39,253 nucleotides of DNA from a bacterium (lineage in GTDB: Bacteria > Desulfobacterota > DSWW01). This document shows positions 1 to 8,500 of this stretch, one piece after another (position 1 is the stretch's first letter; the number at the start of each line of letters is the position of its first letter). The notes below the pieces were generated by a model. That model worked only from the letters and a program-made list of their open reading frames with translations, was not told the DNA's origin and did no database searches. The DNA lies in contig JBFLZG010000015.1 of NCBI GenBank assembly GCA_040756235.1, positions 1 through 39,253 of the forward strand, read 5' to 3'. Made by a program: the position numbers and the translations under genes.

Positions 1-69
1 GTACTTCCATGTACGCCTCGTTCCTCAGGACTTCGTGCGCCTTGCATCTGGGCATTTTTGAACAGCCTC
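1..69 (-). repeat. Partial MITE-like repeat, copy 1 (truncated by window edge)
   Basis: Minus strand reads GAGGCTGTTCAAAAATGCCCAGATGCAAGGCGCACGAAGTCCTGAGG, nearly identical to the plus-strand sequence starting at 10595. Confidence 0.8.
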
Positions 70-100
70 TGAAATCGAGCCTGTTGGGACAGGCTCTAAT

Positions 101-706
101 CTAAGGGCGCGCGGCTGCGGCAAACCATTCCCCCAGCCCGTCCAGGACCATCTGCGTTCCGATGGTCATGACGATCAGCCCGGTGATCCGGATCATCGCG
201 CCCAGGACGTTGAAGCGCCTCAGCAGCGCGGCCAGGGGCCTGGCGCAGAGCATGATCACATGATTGGCGGCGACGGCGATCACCATGGCGGCGGCCGCCG
301 CCAGGACGCCCTGCTGGGCGCTGAGCGTAATGGATGCGGCAATCGTGCCCGGGCCTGCGATCATCGGGCACGCCAGCGGGACGATGGCGACGTCCTCGAA
401 GCGTGCTTTGATCTCCTCTTCGAAGAAGAGCCCCCTGCGCAGGGCATTGAACCCCACCCAGAACAGCACGATGCCGCCGGCCACCCGCAGGGAATGGACC
501 TGAGCGTGAAATACGCTCCGCAGGAGGAAGTCGCCGGCGGTCATGGCGGCCAGAAGGAGGATTGCGGCGACGGCGCTCGACTTGGCCGCGACCTGCCTGA
601 AGTCCTGGGACGGCTTTCCCGACGGCAGCACGGCGAGAACCGAGATCTTGCTGACGGGGTTGATCAGCGCTAGGAGATAGAGGGCATGAGTCATGAGCTC
701 GCGCAT
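101..706 (-). CDS. marC: MarC family integral membrane protein
   Basis: About 201 aa from the ATG at 706 (MRELMTHALYLLALINP). Hydrophobic throughout, with MarC motifs LRVAGGIVLF, AIVPLACPMIAGPGTI and RITGLIV. Confidence 0.85.
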   Translation of the reverse strand: MRELMTHALYLLALINPVSKISVLAVLPSGKPSQDFRQVAAKSSAVAAILLLAAMTAGDFLLRSVFHAQVHSLRVAGGIVLFWVGFNALRRGLFFEEEIKARFEDVAIVPLACPMIAGPGTIAASITLSAQQGVLAAAAAMVIAVAANHVIMLCARPLAALLRRFNVLGAMIRITGLIVMTIGTQMVLDGLGEWFAAAARP

Positions 707-761
707 GTGGTCCGCCGTTGGAACGCTTCGAGGTCCGGGAGCTGCGCGGGTCCGATGCGGG

Positions 762-1340
762 TCAGTCTTCGGGGGACGGCGCGGCCTCGAACCGGAGCCG
801 CTCTCGCACCTCCGCGCCGGCCTGCCGGCCCGCCTGCAAAGCCTTGAGAAAAGCCTCCGCCTGGCCGCGCGCGATCCGCTCCCGGATCGCCGTCTCCACC
901 GCCAGCCAGTCGGCAATGGAGCTCAGCGCCACGACCGCACCCACGGCCACGATGTTCATCATCTGTTCGCGCCCCGTGGCCTCCCGCGCCAGGCGGCGCA
1001 ACGGGACCGGGGCGACCCAGCCTTCCGGGGCCTGCCGGATCAGCTCCGGGTCGATGAGGATCACGCCTCGGGGTTTCATCATCCCGGCCGCTTCGCTGCA
1101 GGCCTCCTCGGCGAAGGGAACCAGAAGGTCCAGAAGCAGCGGTTTGGGATGGTCGATCTCGCTGCTGCTCACGACCAGCTCCGCGCTGCTCATCCCTCCG
1201 CGGACCTGGGGCCCGTAGCTCACGGTCTGCACCACGTGCTGGCCCGGCCGGAGTCCAGCGGCCTCGGCCAGCAGGATGCCCGCCAGCACGACCCCCTGCC
1301 CTCCCGTTCCGCTCAGGCGGATCTCGTAGCGTTCCGACAT
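762..1340 (-). CDS. korC: 2-oxoacid:ferredoxin oxidoreductase gamma subunit
   Basis: EIRLSGTGGQGVVLAG and QTVSYGPQVRGGMSSAE motifs. Follows the beta subunit. Confidence 0.9.
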   Translation of the reverse strand: MSERYEIRLSGTGGQGVVLAGILLAEAAGLRPGQHVVQTVSYGPQVRGGMSSAELVVSSSEIDHPKPLLLDLLVPFAEEACSEAAGMMKPRGVILIDPELIRQAPEGWVAPVPLRRLAREATGREQMMNIVAVGAVVALSSIADWLAVETAIRERIARGQAEAFLKALQAGRQAGAEVRERLRFEAAPSPED

Positions 1341-1384
1341 CGAAGCCCTGTCTCCTTGCAGCTCGCCCCGTTTCCAGTGGGCCG

Positions 1385-1602
1385 GTCATTCCCGCGCAAG
1401 CGGGAAGCTCCCTGCGCCTCGAGACCCCGGACCGGCGCAGCAAGCAGCGCCCGCGTTCTTTTCCGTCATTCCGGCGCAGGCCGGAATCCAGTCCTCTCTC
1501 CCCGTGATTCCAGCAGCCTCCGGAAAGGGCGCCAGCATGCGTCGCCCCTACAAGAGATGGTCCAGCGGCCCCATCGCGGGCGCAGCAAGCAGTGCCCCTG
1601 CA
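1385..1602. repeat. Cluster of REP-like short palindromes between korB and korC
   Basis: GTCATTCCCGCGCAAGCGGGAA (1385-1406) and GTCATTCCGGCGCAGGCCGGAATCCAG (1465-1491). GTAG-type hairpins on the minus strand: TGTAGGGGCGACGCATGCTGGCGCCC (1527-1552) and TGCAGGGGCACTGCTTGCTGCGCCC (1578-1602). A related copy lies at ~1434-1453. Confidence 0.75.
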
Positions 1603-1634
1603 AAGCCCCCGCCGCGGGCGGGCCAGCCGACACT

Positions 1635-2531
1635 TCAGTAGATCTGGTACGACTCCAGCATCTTGGAGACTTCCTGCGGGTCGAGCCTGTAGGGGACCGC
1701 CTCCTTGGCCCTGCGGCGCACCTCGTCGTAGTCGGACTGGTAATCCGGGAGGTCCCGGTCCGCCAGGACGCCGATGCGGAACTTGCCGTGCAGATCCTCG
1801 GCGCTCATGCCGCGGCTCTTCTCCACCGGGACCGCATGCTCCTTCATCCAGCGCATGGTGTTCACCGGGCCGCCCATGAGGTTGAGCTTGTTGAAATGAG
1901 TGGGGCAGTGCGTGATCGTCTCGAGGACCGCGAACCCTTTCTTGCGCAGGCAGGCCTCGAGCAATCGGTCCAGGAGCTGCACGTGGTAGATGGTCCCTCT
2001 GGCCACGAAGGCGGCCCCGGCGGCCTCGACCAGCTCCGCGATGTTGAAGGCATGTTCGACGTGGCCGAAGGGGGCCGTAGCCGCCCGCAATCCGTGGGGT
2101 GTGGTCGGCGAGTACTGGCCTCCGGTCATGCCGTAGATCTGGTTGTTCATGATGACGGCCGTGAGATCCACGTTGCGCCGGGCCGCGTGGATGAGATGGT
2201 TGCCTCCGATCGCGGTCGCGTCGCCGTCTCCCATGACCACGATCACTTTGAGATGCGGCTTGACGAGCTTGATCCCGGTGGCGAAGGTCAGGGCGCGGCC
2301 GTGCGTGGTGTGGAGCGTGTTGAAGTCCACGTAGACGGGCAGCCGGCCCGCGCAGCCGATGCCGGAGACGAGGGCGACGTCGTCCTTCGAGTACCCCAGC
2401 CGATGGATCGTGCGGATCAGCGAGCCCAGCAGAATGCCGTTGCCGCATCCGGGGCACCAGACGTGGGGAAACTTCTTGTCGTGGCGCAGATACTCGTAGA
2501 TCAGGCGTCCGCCGCCCTTCACGTTGTCCAA
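1635..2531 (-). CDS. korB: 2-oxoacid:ferredoxin oxidoreductase beta subunit (TPP-binding)
   Basis: WCPGCGNG, VSGIGC, HTTHGRAL, GDGD...GGNHLIHAARRN, NNQIYGMTGGQYSPTT and CPT motifs. Start is either TTG 2531 (GGAGG upstream) or GTG 2522, overlapping the korA stop. Confidence 0.93.
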   Translation of the reverse strand: MDNVKGGGRLIYEYLRHDKKFPHVWCPGCGNGILLGSLIRTIHRLGYSKDDVALVSGIGCAGRLPVYVDFNTLHTTHGRALTFATGIKLVKPHLKVIVVMGDGDATAIGGNHLIHAARRNVDLTAVIMNNQIYGMTGGQYSPTTPHGLRAATAPFGHVEHAFNIAELVEAAGAAFVARGTIYHVQLLDRLLEACLRKKGFAVLETITHCPTHFNKLNLMGGPVNTMRWMKEHAVPVEKSRGMSAEDLHGKFRIGVLADRDLPDYQSDYDEVRRRAKEAVPYRLDPQEVSKMLESYQIY

Positions 2532-3670
2532 TTCTCGAGACCCTCCAGGATCTCCGCAGGCTTGATGAGGCGGCCCAGGGAGCGGCTCACGGTGCGGACC
2601 TCGGCCCGGCCCCGGCACACGCGCTTCACCTCCCGGGAGATCTGGCCCAGGTTCATCTCCGGCACCACCAGCAGGCGGCAGCGCTCCAGCGCCTGCTCGA
2701 TCGCCTTGCGACAGAACGGCCAGAGGGTCACGAGGCGGAGGAGGCCCACCTTGCGGCCGGCCGCGCGCGCCTCGACCACCGCCCGCTTGGCGGCCCGTGC
2801 CGTGGAGCCGTAGGCGACGATGGCCGCTTCGGCGTCCTCCATCCGGAAGGTGTCCCAGGTCTGGATGTCATCCAGATGGGACCAGATCTTGCGGCAGAGC
2901 CGGCGCATGAGGGGCTCGATCTCGTCTTCCCTCAGCGTGGGGAAGCCTCTCACGTCGTGCAGGAGCCCCGTCACGTGATACCGGTAGCCCTCGCCGAAAA
3001 TGGCCATGGGAGGCACGCCGAACGGCGTATCCTCGTAGGGGACATACCATTCCGGCGGCACCGTGGGCTTCAGGCGGTCCGCGATCTCGACCTCGCCCGG
3101 CCCGGGCAGGACGACGTTCTCCCGCATGTGGCCGATCACTTCGTCCATGAGCAGGATGACCGGGGTGCGGTACTTCTCGGACAGGTTGAAGGCCCGCACC
3201 GTCAGACGGAAGCACTCCTCGATGCTCCACGGGGTCAAGGCGATGATCGGATGGTCGCCGTGCGTCCCCCACCGGGCCTGCTGCACGTCTCCCTGCGAAG
3301 GCAGGGTCGGCAGCCCGGTCGAGGGTCCGCCTCGCATGACATTGACGATGACGCAGGGCACCTCGGCCATGCAGGCGAAGCCGATGTGCTCCTGCATGAG
3401 GGAGAAGCCGGGTCCGCTCGTCGCCGTCATGGCCTTGGCGCCGGCCAGCGCGGCGCCGATCACCGCCCCCAGGCTGGCGATCTCGTCTTCCATCTGGATG
3501 AAGGTGCCGTCCACGGCGGGCAGGCGGTGGGAGAGGATTTCGGCGATCTCCGAGGAAGGCGTGATGGGATAGCCGCCATAGAAGCGGCAGCCGGCCGCCA
3601 GCGCGCCCTCGGCGCACGCCTCGTTGCCCTGCAGGACCCGCACCGGAGGCCGCTCATTCGCCGGCTGCAT
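2519..3670 (-). CDS. korA: 2-oxoacid:ferredoxin oxidoreductase alpha subunit
   Basis: GNEACAEGA, YPITPSSEI, QMEDEIA, TATSGPGFSLMQE, RGGPSTGLPT and EMNLGQ motifs. ATG at 3670. Confidence 0.93.
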   Translation of the reverse strand: MQPANERPPVRVLQGNEACAEGALAAGCRFYGGYPITPSSEIAEILSHRLPAVDGTFIQMEDEIASLGAVIGAALAGAKAMTATSGPGFSLMQEHIGFACMAEVPCVIVNVMRGGPSTGLPTLPSQGDVQQARWGTHGDHPIIALTPWSIEECFRLTVRAFNLSEKYRTPVILLMDEVIGHMRENVVLPGPGEVEIADRLKPTVPPEWYVPYEDTPFGVPPMAIFGEGYRYHVTGLLHDVRGFPTLREDEIEPLMRRLCRKIWSHLDDIQTWDTFRMEDAEAAIVAYGSTARAAKRAVVEARAAGRKVGLLRLVTLWPFCRKAIEQALERCRLLVVPEMNLGQISREVKRVCRGRAEVRTVSRSLGRLIKPAEILEGLENWTT

Positions 3671-4109
3671 CGCCCGGCTCCTCCGCTTCTTCCAGGACCT
3701 CGATGGCAAAGTCCGGGCACCGCAGCTCGCACAGCCTGCATCCCACGCAGCGCTCCGGCGCCGCCCAGCGCGGCGCCCCCGCCTCTCCCGCCTCGAGGGC
3801 CTTGGCCGGACAGAAGGCGATGCAGATGCCGCATCGCTTGCACCAGCTCAGAAAGACCTGCAGGTCCCGCTTCCGCACGGGCGGCGCAGGGCTCTTCCCG
3901 GATCCGGCGGTCGCCGGGGCGGCCCCAATGTGTGCCTTGTCCCGCGCCCTGCGAGGACCGGGTTCTTTGAGTTTCGTTCCCTTCGAGACCGCTTTCTTGC
4001 GGGGCCGCTCTTTTCGAGGCGCCCCGCCGCCCGGCTGGATCGTGACGCCGGGTGAAGGCTTGCCAGGCATGGATCGACTCATGCAGTGCCCGCTGTGCTC
4101 CTGTCTCAA
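3654..4109 (-). CDS. korD: 2x[4Fe-4S] ferredoxin-like delta subunit (start uncertain)
   Basis: CKRCGICIAFCP and CVGCRLCELRCPDFAI motifs. Overlaps the korA start. The N-terminal ~85 codons are basic and low-complexity, so the true start may lie further downstream. Confidence 0.8.
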   Translation of the reverse strand: MRQEHSGHCMSRSMPGKPSPGVTIQPGGGAPRKERPRKKAVSKGTKLKEPGPRRARDKAHIGAAPATAGSGKSPAPPVRKRDLQVFLSWCKRCGICIAFCPAKALEAGEAGAPRWAAPERCVGCRLCELRCPDFAIEVLEEAEEPGDAAGE

Positions 4110-5125
4110 GCGATGCGATCGTAGAGGCGCAAGACCGGCATGGCCAGCCGCATGAAAGAAGCCGCCGACATCCAGGCGATGCTCATCACCTCTACGAACT
4201 CGACCGTGGTCCCGTCCGGATCCTGGATGTAGGCCGCGAACCCCTTGGAGCCGCTGCCCATGCTGATTTCGACCGGTTGAAGATAGATTTTGATCCCTTT
4301 CTTCTTCATCGTCTCCACCGTGGTCAGCAGGTCGCTCACGTCGAAGCAGAACTCCATGCAGCCCGGCTCGCCCCAGACGCGGCCGTCGTAAATGTGTTTT
4401 CCCTTTCCGCCCTGCACCTGGAAGAGCTTGAGGGTGCCGCGCACCAGGAGACCGGCCAGAGGGCCGACGGGAGGGGCGGACCGCTCCAGGATCGCCATCT
4501 TCATGCGCACCGGTCCTCCGGTGAGCGGATCCATCTCCGGTATGAACCCGTCGCTTTCATGGAGCACCCGATCGAACCCGAGGGCAGACCGGTAGAACTC
4601 CTTGGAACGGTCGATGTCGGACACCCCGATCCCGACGTGGACCGCCCCGTGCACCTCCGGCCTCGCGGCGGCCGGGGATCCGGGCCCCAGCTCCTCCGTC
4701 AACTGCAGCGGCAGCCCGTCCGGGTCCTTGAGGTAGGCATAGCGCCACCGGCGGCCGTCGTTCAGCGCGAGCTCGCAGACGGGGGTGAGGAACCTCAGGC
4801 CCTTCGCCTGGAAGTCCGCGACCACCCGGTCGATGCTGCGCACGCGGTAGCCGACCTCGAGCACCCCGTAGTTTCCGTACAGCTCGGGAAGGGGCGTGAT
4901 CGGCTTGGACTTGTGCTCGATCAGCTCGATGATGCCGCCGCCCTTGGCATTGGCGGCCATCATCATGCGCATGGTTTCCACGCTGCCGATCACGGCAGCC
5001 ATCTCCTTCGAAGCGACGGTGAGATCGTTCAGCTTGACCTTGAAGCCGAAGAACCGCTTGTAGAAAGCGTAGGTCGTATCGACGTCCCGGACCCCCTGGC
5101 CGATGTGCTGCATGGCATTGATCAT
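4106..5125 (-). CDS. Double-domain VOC (glyoxalase/dioxygenase superfamily) protein #1
   Basis: QHIGQGVRDVD..FYKRFFGF, YLKDPDG, HVGIGVSDIDRSKEFY and YIQDPDGTTVEFVE. AGAGGAG RBS. Confidence 0.85.
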   Translation of the reverse strand: MINAMQHIGQGVRDVDTTYAFYKRFFGFKVKLNDLTVASKEMAAVIGSVETMRMMMAANAKGGGIIELIEHKSKPITPLPELYGNYGVLEVGYRVRSIDRVVADFQAKGLRFLTPVCELALNDGRRWRYAYLKDPDGLPLQLTEELGPGSPAAARPEVHGAVHVGIGVSDIDRSKEFYRSALGFDRVLHESDGFIPEMDPLTGGPVRMKMAILERSAPPVGPLAGLLVRGTLKLFQVQGGKGKHIYDGRVWGEPGCMEFCFDVSDLLTTVETMKKKGIKIYLQPVEISMGSGSKGFAAYIQDPDGTTVEFVEVMSIAWMSAASFMRLAMPVLRLYDRIA

Positions 5126-5147
5126 GTGCGTTTTCTCCTCTACCCTA

Positions 5148-5176
5148 ATATTACCTCATATTACCTCTATTACACC
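5148..5176 (-). promoter_or_regulatory. 10-bp-period direct repeats upstream of VOC #1
   Basis: ATATTACCTC-ATATTACCTC-TATTACACC forms an AT-rich patch next to the RBS. Confidence 0.45.
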
Positions 5177-5262
5177 GCTTCCGGAACATGTCGGCGCAAC
5201 GGCCGCCCGCCCTTCGCGCAGGCGAGCGGAGCGTCTGTTGCGACGCCCGGGCCCGGGGCACC

Positions 5263-6582
5263 TCACGAGGTCATGCCGCCCCAGCCGCAGACCCTGCGCA
5301 CCGCGCCGGCGGCGCTCGTCATGGCCGCCTCCATGCTGGTGCCTTCGAGGGCGCTGCTGACAAACGACACCCCTGCGAGCCGACCGGCGCCGGCCTTGAA
5401 GTCGAGCACCTTTCGGTAGGCGCCCGGCGGATAGATGGCGTTGACGAAAGCGTGCCGGAAAACCCGGGCGTCCTCGATCCATCGGGAAAAGCCCGGGATC
5501 ATCACCTCCAGGTCCTCCTGAGCCTTCTTCAGGATCTGCTCGTCAGGAAGCTTGAGCAGCTCCAGGGTCGTGGGATGATGAGCCCATGCGGTCAGGGCGC
5601 TCTTCCCGCTCGGGCACATGTCCGGAACTTTCGCCCAGGCATCGATGGCAAACAAGAAGTTCCATTTCTTCCCCGGGTCGTTGAAGTAGCACCAGACGTC
5701 CTTGTTCAGGGGGCGATCGAGATAGAAGATCGGCATGGGCATCGAGACGTACATGACCGAATCCATGAACCGGCGCTCGCTCTCGAGCTCGTCCGGAAGG
5801 ATGCGCGCGGCAGCCGGCGGCGTCGTCGCCACGATCACGTGGCCCGCGCGGCGGACCGAGCCGTCGCCGTCCATCTCGACCCCGACCACCTGGCCTTTTT
5901 CCATGACCAGACGGCGCACCGGGGAACCATAGGCAACGGGCAGGTCCTTGGCCAGCTTATCCGCGAGCGAGGACACACCACGGGGCAGACTGAAGAAATC
6001 GGCGAACATGACGGATCGGAACATCCGGATGTAGTGGTAGAGACTCGTCCACTCGGGCAGGGCCCCGGTCTCACCGATGCAGACGAGCGATACCAGGTAG
6101 TCTCTCAGCCGCCGGTGCGACGCGGACCGGTAGAGGTCCAGGACGCCGGCGTTGTCGTACTCGGGGATGTCCCGGACGATGCCGAAGGGCGGGAAGCGCT
6201 TGCCGAAGACGACGTAGCGCAGGATGAACTTGTGAAGCTGGAGATTGCCCCGCGGCCCGAGAAGCTTCAGATAGGGCATACGATGATCGTACAGGTAGGT
6301 GGACCCGTCCATCAGCCGGTACTGGACTTTCCCTTTGATCCCTCTCCTGGAGGACTCCATGCCGGCTTGTTCGATCATCTCCATCCCGTAGCGGAAGCTG
6401 GAATGGTAGAACTGCGCCCCCACGTCCACCCGGTCGCCTTTGCGCTCCAGGGTCACCATGCGGCCGCCGGGGCGCTCCGTGGCCTCCAGAACCTCCACCT
6501 CGTAGCCTCTGCGAAGCAGCCAGTAGGCTGCCGCAAGCCCTCCGATGCCGGCCCCCACCACGATGACTTTCCGATTTTCCAT
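5263..6582 (-). CDS. FAD-dependent oxidoreductase, amine oxidase/protoporphyrinogen oxidase fold, #1
   Basis: ATG at 6582 (MENRKVIVVGAGIGGLAAA). Contains EATERPGGR, DVGAQFYH, GHVIVATT and MEAAMTSA. Confidence 0.85.
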   Translation of the reverse strand: MENRKVIVVGAGIGGLAAAYWLLRRGYEVEVLEATERPGGRMVTLERKGDRVDVGAQFYHSSFRYGMEMIEQAGMESSRRGIKGKVQYRLMDGSTYLYDHRMPYLKLLGPRGNLQLHKFILRYVVFGKRFPPFGIVRDIPEYDNAGVLDLYRSASHRRLRDYLVSLVCIGETGALPEWTSLYHYIRMFRSVMFADFFSLPRGVSSLADKLAKDLPVAYGSPVRRLVMEKGQVVGVEMDGDGSVRRAGHVIVATTPPAAARILPDELESERRFMDSVMYVSMPMPIFYLDRPLNKDVWCYFNDPGKKWNFLFAIDAWAKVPDMCPSGKSALTAWAHHPTTLELLKLPDEQILKKAQEDLEVMIPGFSRWIEDARVFRHAFVNAIYPPGAYRKVLDFKAGAGRLAGVSFVSSALEGTSMEAAMTSAAGAVRRVCGWGGMTS

Positions 6583-6784
6583 TCCTCTCCTCCCAGCCGG
6601 CATTGAGGGACCGTCTTGCCGATCCTGGTCAAAGTTGAAAGATCCGCGGCCAATGAGGGAAGGCGGAAGACCTGCCGGCTTCCCGTCGCCCTTGCGCACC
6701 GCGCCTTTGACGTCCCGGGCCGGGCCGTGCGGGCCGCCCCAGCTCGGTAGAGGACCGGGAGCACGGCGCGACACGGGGCAAAGA

Positions 6785-6840
6785 GAGACCCGGGAGCCGG
6801 ATGACAAGCAAAACCTGGGGGGGACCCGGCTCCCGGTCTC
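6785..6840 (-). terminator. Stem-loop just downstream of the DUF1302 gene
   Basis: GAGACCCGGGAGCCGG ... CCGGCTCCCGGTCTC inverted repeat, with only a weak U-tract. Either a terminator or an mRNA-stabilising hairpin. Confidence 0.4.
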
Positions 6841-6845
6841 CGCGG

Positions 6846-8474
6846 TCAGTTCAGCAGGTACGAAAAGATGAACGAGATCTGGTCCCGGTCACGGAAGAAC
6901 GCCATGCTGTTCCAGCTCCCCATGATGTTGGTGTACTGGACCGTGAACCGCAAAGGGTCCCAGATGTACGTGGCCTGAGGCTGCACCATGATGGCCCCCT
7001 GCGGGTCATAGGCCGCCGAGACCTGCGGCAGCAGGTTCCCCTTCATGTAGGTCGAGCTCAACAGAAGCGTGAAGGTGTGCTCGAACTTGTCCTCGTACGG
7101 GTAGGCACTCAGGCTCGGATAGATCAGGGCTCCCTGGCGCATCCGGTGGTCGAACTTCGGCACGTAGCGGCCGAAGTACTGGCCCGAGACGAAGAAGGTG
7201 CTCTTCTTGTTCAGCGGGCGGATCCAGATGTTCTTGTCGAACCCGATCATGTACTTCAGCATGTCCTTGCGCGGAATCGTGCCGCTCTGCGGGTTCAGCG
7301 GCAGCCCGTCCAGCCCGAGGTCCCGGATGTCCAGACCGAGAATCTCCTCCAGCCCGTCCAGAACCGCGTCCGGCAGCGGGAGCGTGGGCCCGTAGAACGG
7401 CGCGCTCGTCAGCTCCGGAATGAAGACCGGAGCGCCCCAGAACCAGGCCACCTCCCCCCGGAAGACCAAATCGGTGAACGATTCCCAGTAGTTGAAGCTC
7501 GCGCCCGTGATCCGCACCTCGGGAAACTCCCCCCAGAGCTGCAGGGCGTTGAGATCCGCCAGGACCGCCGGGTTCCCGAGGATGACGCTGCGCAGACTGG
7601 GCATATCCATGAAGGTCTGGTAGTGCGCGATCGACAGGTTCAGGTTGGAGCCGATGAGCGCCTGGACCCGCGCGCCCCAGCGGCTCTCGGACCAGGCCCG
7701 GTTCGGCGTCTTGATGCGGATGGAAGGAGCGATGAACTCCGGAAGTGGCGCCGCGTACGGCGACCCGTACGGGGCAAAGGGAGAGACGTGCGCATCGATC
7801 GGACCCGGAACCAGGAATCCTTCCAGCGTGATCGTGTGCAGCGCCCCGAGGTCCCCGAAGTTCACACTGGAGCGCAGCATCCAGAGGGGAATCCTGCGGT
7901 CGTCCAGGTCTTCGAAGAAACCGCCGAAGGTGTTGTCCAGAGGGTTGATGCCGTCCAGGAGCCGGAAGACATCGGTCTCGCCCCAGGCCAGGATCTGCCG
8001 GCCGATGCGCACGAACACCGGCCCCCGGGAGAAATCCGCGTACGCTTCCCAGAGGTCGTAGCTCTGCTTGAAGCGGTCGAAGTTGTCCGGATCGTTGTCG
8101 GCTACGTCCTGGAAGACCTCGGGCCCGTAGTCGTAGATCCCCTCATACATGAAGCGGCCCAGAATGTGATACTTGACCGCGACATCCAGAGCCCGGAAGG
8201 GGTACAGGATGTCCAGGTCCTCGGTCAGATTCGCCAGGTCGTGATCGATCTCGATCAGGCCCAGATTGCGGTGCTGCACCAGGTCGCCGACGTCCGTCTC
8301 CGGGAAGGTAAAGCCTTCCGATTCCTGCAGACGGATCGTGGCGCGGGTCGAAACCTTGCCGGAGATCTCCAGCGTCTTGGCCGTGTCGACGTAAAAGGCA
8401 TGGCCGCCGGTCGCGATCCCCAGGATCAAGAGCCCACACACAACAGTCACAACGCTCCATGCTCGTCTGCTCAT
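6846..8474 (-). CDS. DUF1302 family outer-membrane beta-barrel protein
   Basis: Signal peptide (…ATGGHA/FY). Contains LWEAYADF, VRIGRQILAWGETDVFRLLDGINPLD and a C-terminal FRDRDQISFIFSY strand. Co-occurs with DUF1329 genes. Confidence 0.8.
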   Translation of the reverse strand: MSRRAWSVVTVVCGLLILGIATGGHAFYVDTAKTLEISGKVSTRATIRLQESEGFTFPETDVGDLVQHRNLGLIEIDHDLANLTEDLDILYPFRALDVAVKYHILGRFMYEGIYDYGPEVFQDVADNDPDNFDRFKQSYDLWEAYADFSRGPVFVRIGRQILAWGETDVFRLLDGINPLDNTFGGFFEDLDDRRIPLWMLRSSVNFGDLGALHTITLEGFLVPGPIDAHVSPFAPYGSPYAAPLPEFIAPSIRIKTPNRAWSESRWGARVQALIGSNLNLSIAHYQTFMDMPSLRSVILGNPAVLADLNALQLWGEFPEVRITGASFNYWESFTDLVFRGEVAWFWGAPVFIPELTSAPFYGPTLPLPDAVLDGLEEILGLDIRDLGLDGLPLNPQSGTIPRKDMLKYMIGFDKNIWIRPLNKKSTFFVSGQYFGRYVPKFDHRMRQGALIYPSLSAYPYEDKFEHTFTLLLSSTYMKGNLLPQVSAAYDPQGAIMVQPQATYIWDPLRFTVQYTNIMGSWNSMAFFRDRDQISFIFSYLLN

Positions 8475-8500
8475 TTCTCTCCCCCCCTTTGAGAGGCTTG

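Noticed and set aside
707..916. N-terminal extensions in the ORF track (marC, flavoprotein #1, DUF1329 #1, Lrp, dehydrogenase-like)
   Set aside because: They overlap neighbouring genes or promoters. Downstream ATGs match paralog starts or RBS positions.
1385..1602. CRISPR array
   Set aside because: The repeats are heterogeneous hairpins without regular spacers, and there are no cas genes.
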